Assembly (NCBI GenBank): GCA_965235115.1
Contig: OZ249436.1
Span: 26,910,001 to 26,974,000 of the forward strand
Direction: 5' to 3'
DNA: 64,000 bases
From: Laetmonice hystrix
Taxonomy: Eukaryota
Of this stretch, positions 62,801-64,000 are shown in pieces. The notes below the pieces were generated by a model. It was not told where the DNA came from, made no database searches, and worked only from the letters and a program-made list of their open reading frames with translations. The stretch's first letter is position 1, and each line of letters opens with the position of its first letter. The position numbers and the translations under genes are program-made.

Positions 62801-64000
62801 CTTCCAAATCCCCACGATATGGCTGACTGGCCCTTAGACATTACCCGGACCACTCAGCCAACACCCTCCCTCTTGCCAATCCCCATGATATGGTTGACTG
62901 GCCCTCAGATGTTACCCCTAACCACTCAGCCAACACCCTTCATGTTCCCAATCCCCATGATATGGCTGACTGACCCTCACTCATTACCCCGAACCACTCA
63001 GCCAACCCCCTCCCTCTTCCCAATCCCCACGATATGGCTGAGTGGCCCTTAGGCATTACCCGGACCACTCAGCCAACACCCTCCCTCTTGCCAATCCCCA
63101 TGATATGGCTGACTGGCCCTCAGACATTACCCCGAACGACTGAGCCAACACGCTCCCTCTTCCCAATCCCCATGATACGGCTGAATGTCCCTCACACATT
63201 ACCCCGAACCACTCAGCCAACCCCCTCCCTCTTCCCAATCCCCACGATATGGCTGACTGGCCCTTAGGCATTACCCCGAACCACTCAGCCAACACCCTCC
63301 CTCTTCCCAATCCCCATGATATGGCTGACTGGCCCTTGGACATTACCCCGAACCACTCAGCCAACACCTTCCCCCCTCTTTCCAATCCCAATGATATGGT
63401 TGACTGGCCCTCAGATGTTACCCCTAACCACTCAGCCAACACCCTTCATGTTCCCAATCCCCATGATATGGCTGACTGGCCCTCACTCATTACCCCGAAC
63501 CACTCAGCCAACACCCTCCCTCTACCCAATCCCCATGATATGGCTGACTGGCCCTTAGCCATTACCCCGAACCACTCAGCCAACACCCTCCCACTTCCCA
63601 ATCCCCATGATATGGCTGACTGGCCCTTAGACATTACCCGGACCACTCAGCCAACACCCTCCCTCTTGCCAATCCCCATGATATGGCTGACTGGCCCTCA
63701 GACATTACCCCGAACCACTCAGCCAACAGCCTCCCCCTTCCCAATCCCCATGATATGGCTGACTGGCCCTCAGACATTACCCCGAACCACCCAGCCAACA
63801 CCCTCCCTCTTCCCAATCCCCATGATATGGCTGACTGGCCCTCAGACATTACCCCGAACCACTCAGCCAACACGCTCCTTCTTCCCAATCCCCATGATAT
63901 GGCTGAATGTCCCTCACACATTACCCCGAACCACTCAGCCAACCCCCTCCCTCTTCCCAATCCCCACGATATGGCTGACTGGCCCTTAGACATTACCCGG

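Larger units (their letters stand above)
39016..64000. repeat. 72-bp satellite array, roughly 310 monomers, with higher-order and macro-repeat structure; continues past the window end
   Basis: Monomer atggctgactggccct(t/c)agacattaccccgaaccactcagccaacaccctccctcttcccaatccccatgat. Macro-unit heads start at 39016, 55251 and 60515. Confidence 0.98.

Noticed and set aside
39055..63993. Long repetitive ORFs (MADWPLDITPNHSANTLPLPNPHD)n and their antisense counterparts, as a repeat protein
   Set aside because: 72 bp is 24 codons, so several frames are open by chance. Frequent 1-2 bp indels, in-frame TGA variants and a transposon insertion are propagated through the array, which argues against coding constraint.

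Overview
This is a repeat-rich eukaryotic (probably invertebrate animal) window with no intact protein-coding, rRNA or tRNA gene that I can support. Positions 1-31 kb are non-coding, with microsatellites, two minisatellites (43 bp and 30 bp units) and several small TIR elements (MITEs). Positions 31.5-38.8 kb hold a three-deep nest of DNA transposons: a GGGCCC-TIR Harbinger-like element contains a CACTG-TIR EnSpm/CACTA-like element, which contains a 4.75 kb Mutator-like element (33419-38166, perfect 9-bp TSD TTAATAATA). The Mutator-like element retains decayed exons resembling a ZSWIM3/FAR1-like N-terminus, the end of a Ulp1/C48 protease and a PHD finger. It also carries two oppositely oriented arrays of a 50-51 bp unit built from its own TIR palindrome, giving a foldback-like structure. 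From 39 kb to the end is a 72-bp C-rich satellite with higher-order repeats, organised into macro-units (16.2 kb, 5.26 kb, and a third running off the window). The two complete macro-units carry the same 462-bp TAG...CTA element with a 9-bp TSD. The many repetitive ORFs in this satellite are artefacts of the 24-codon period. Superfamily and domain assignments come from recalled family signatures, not from database searches.
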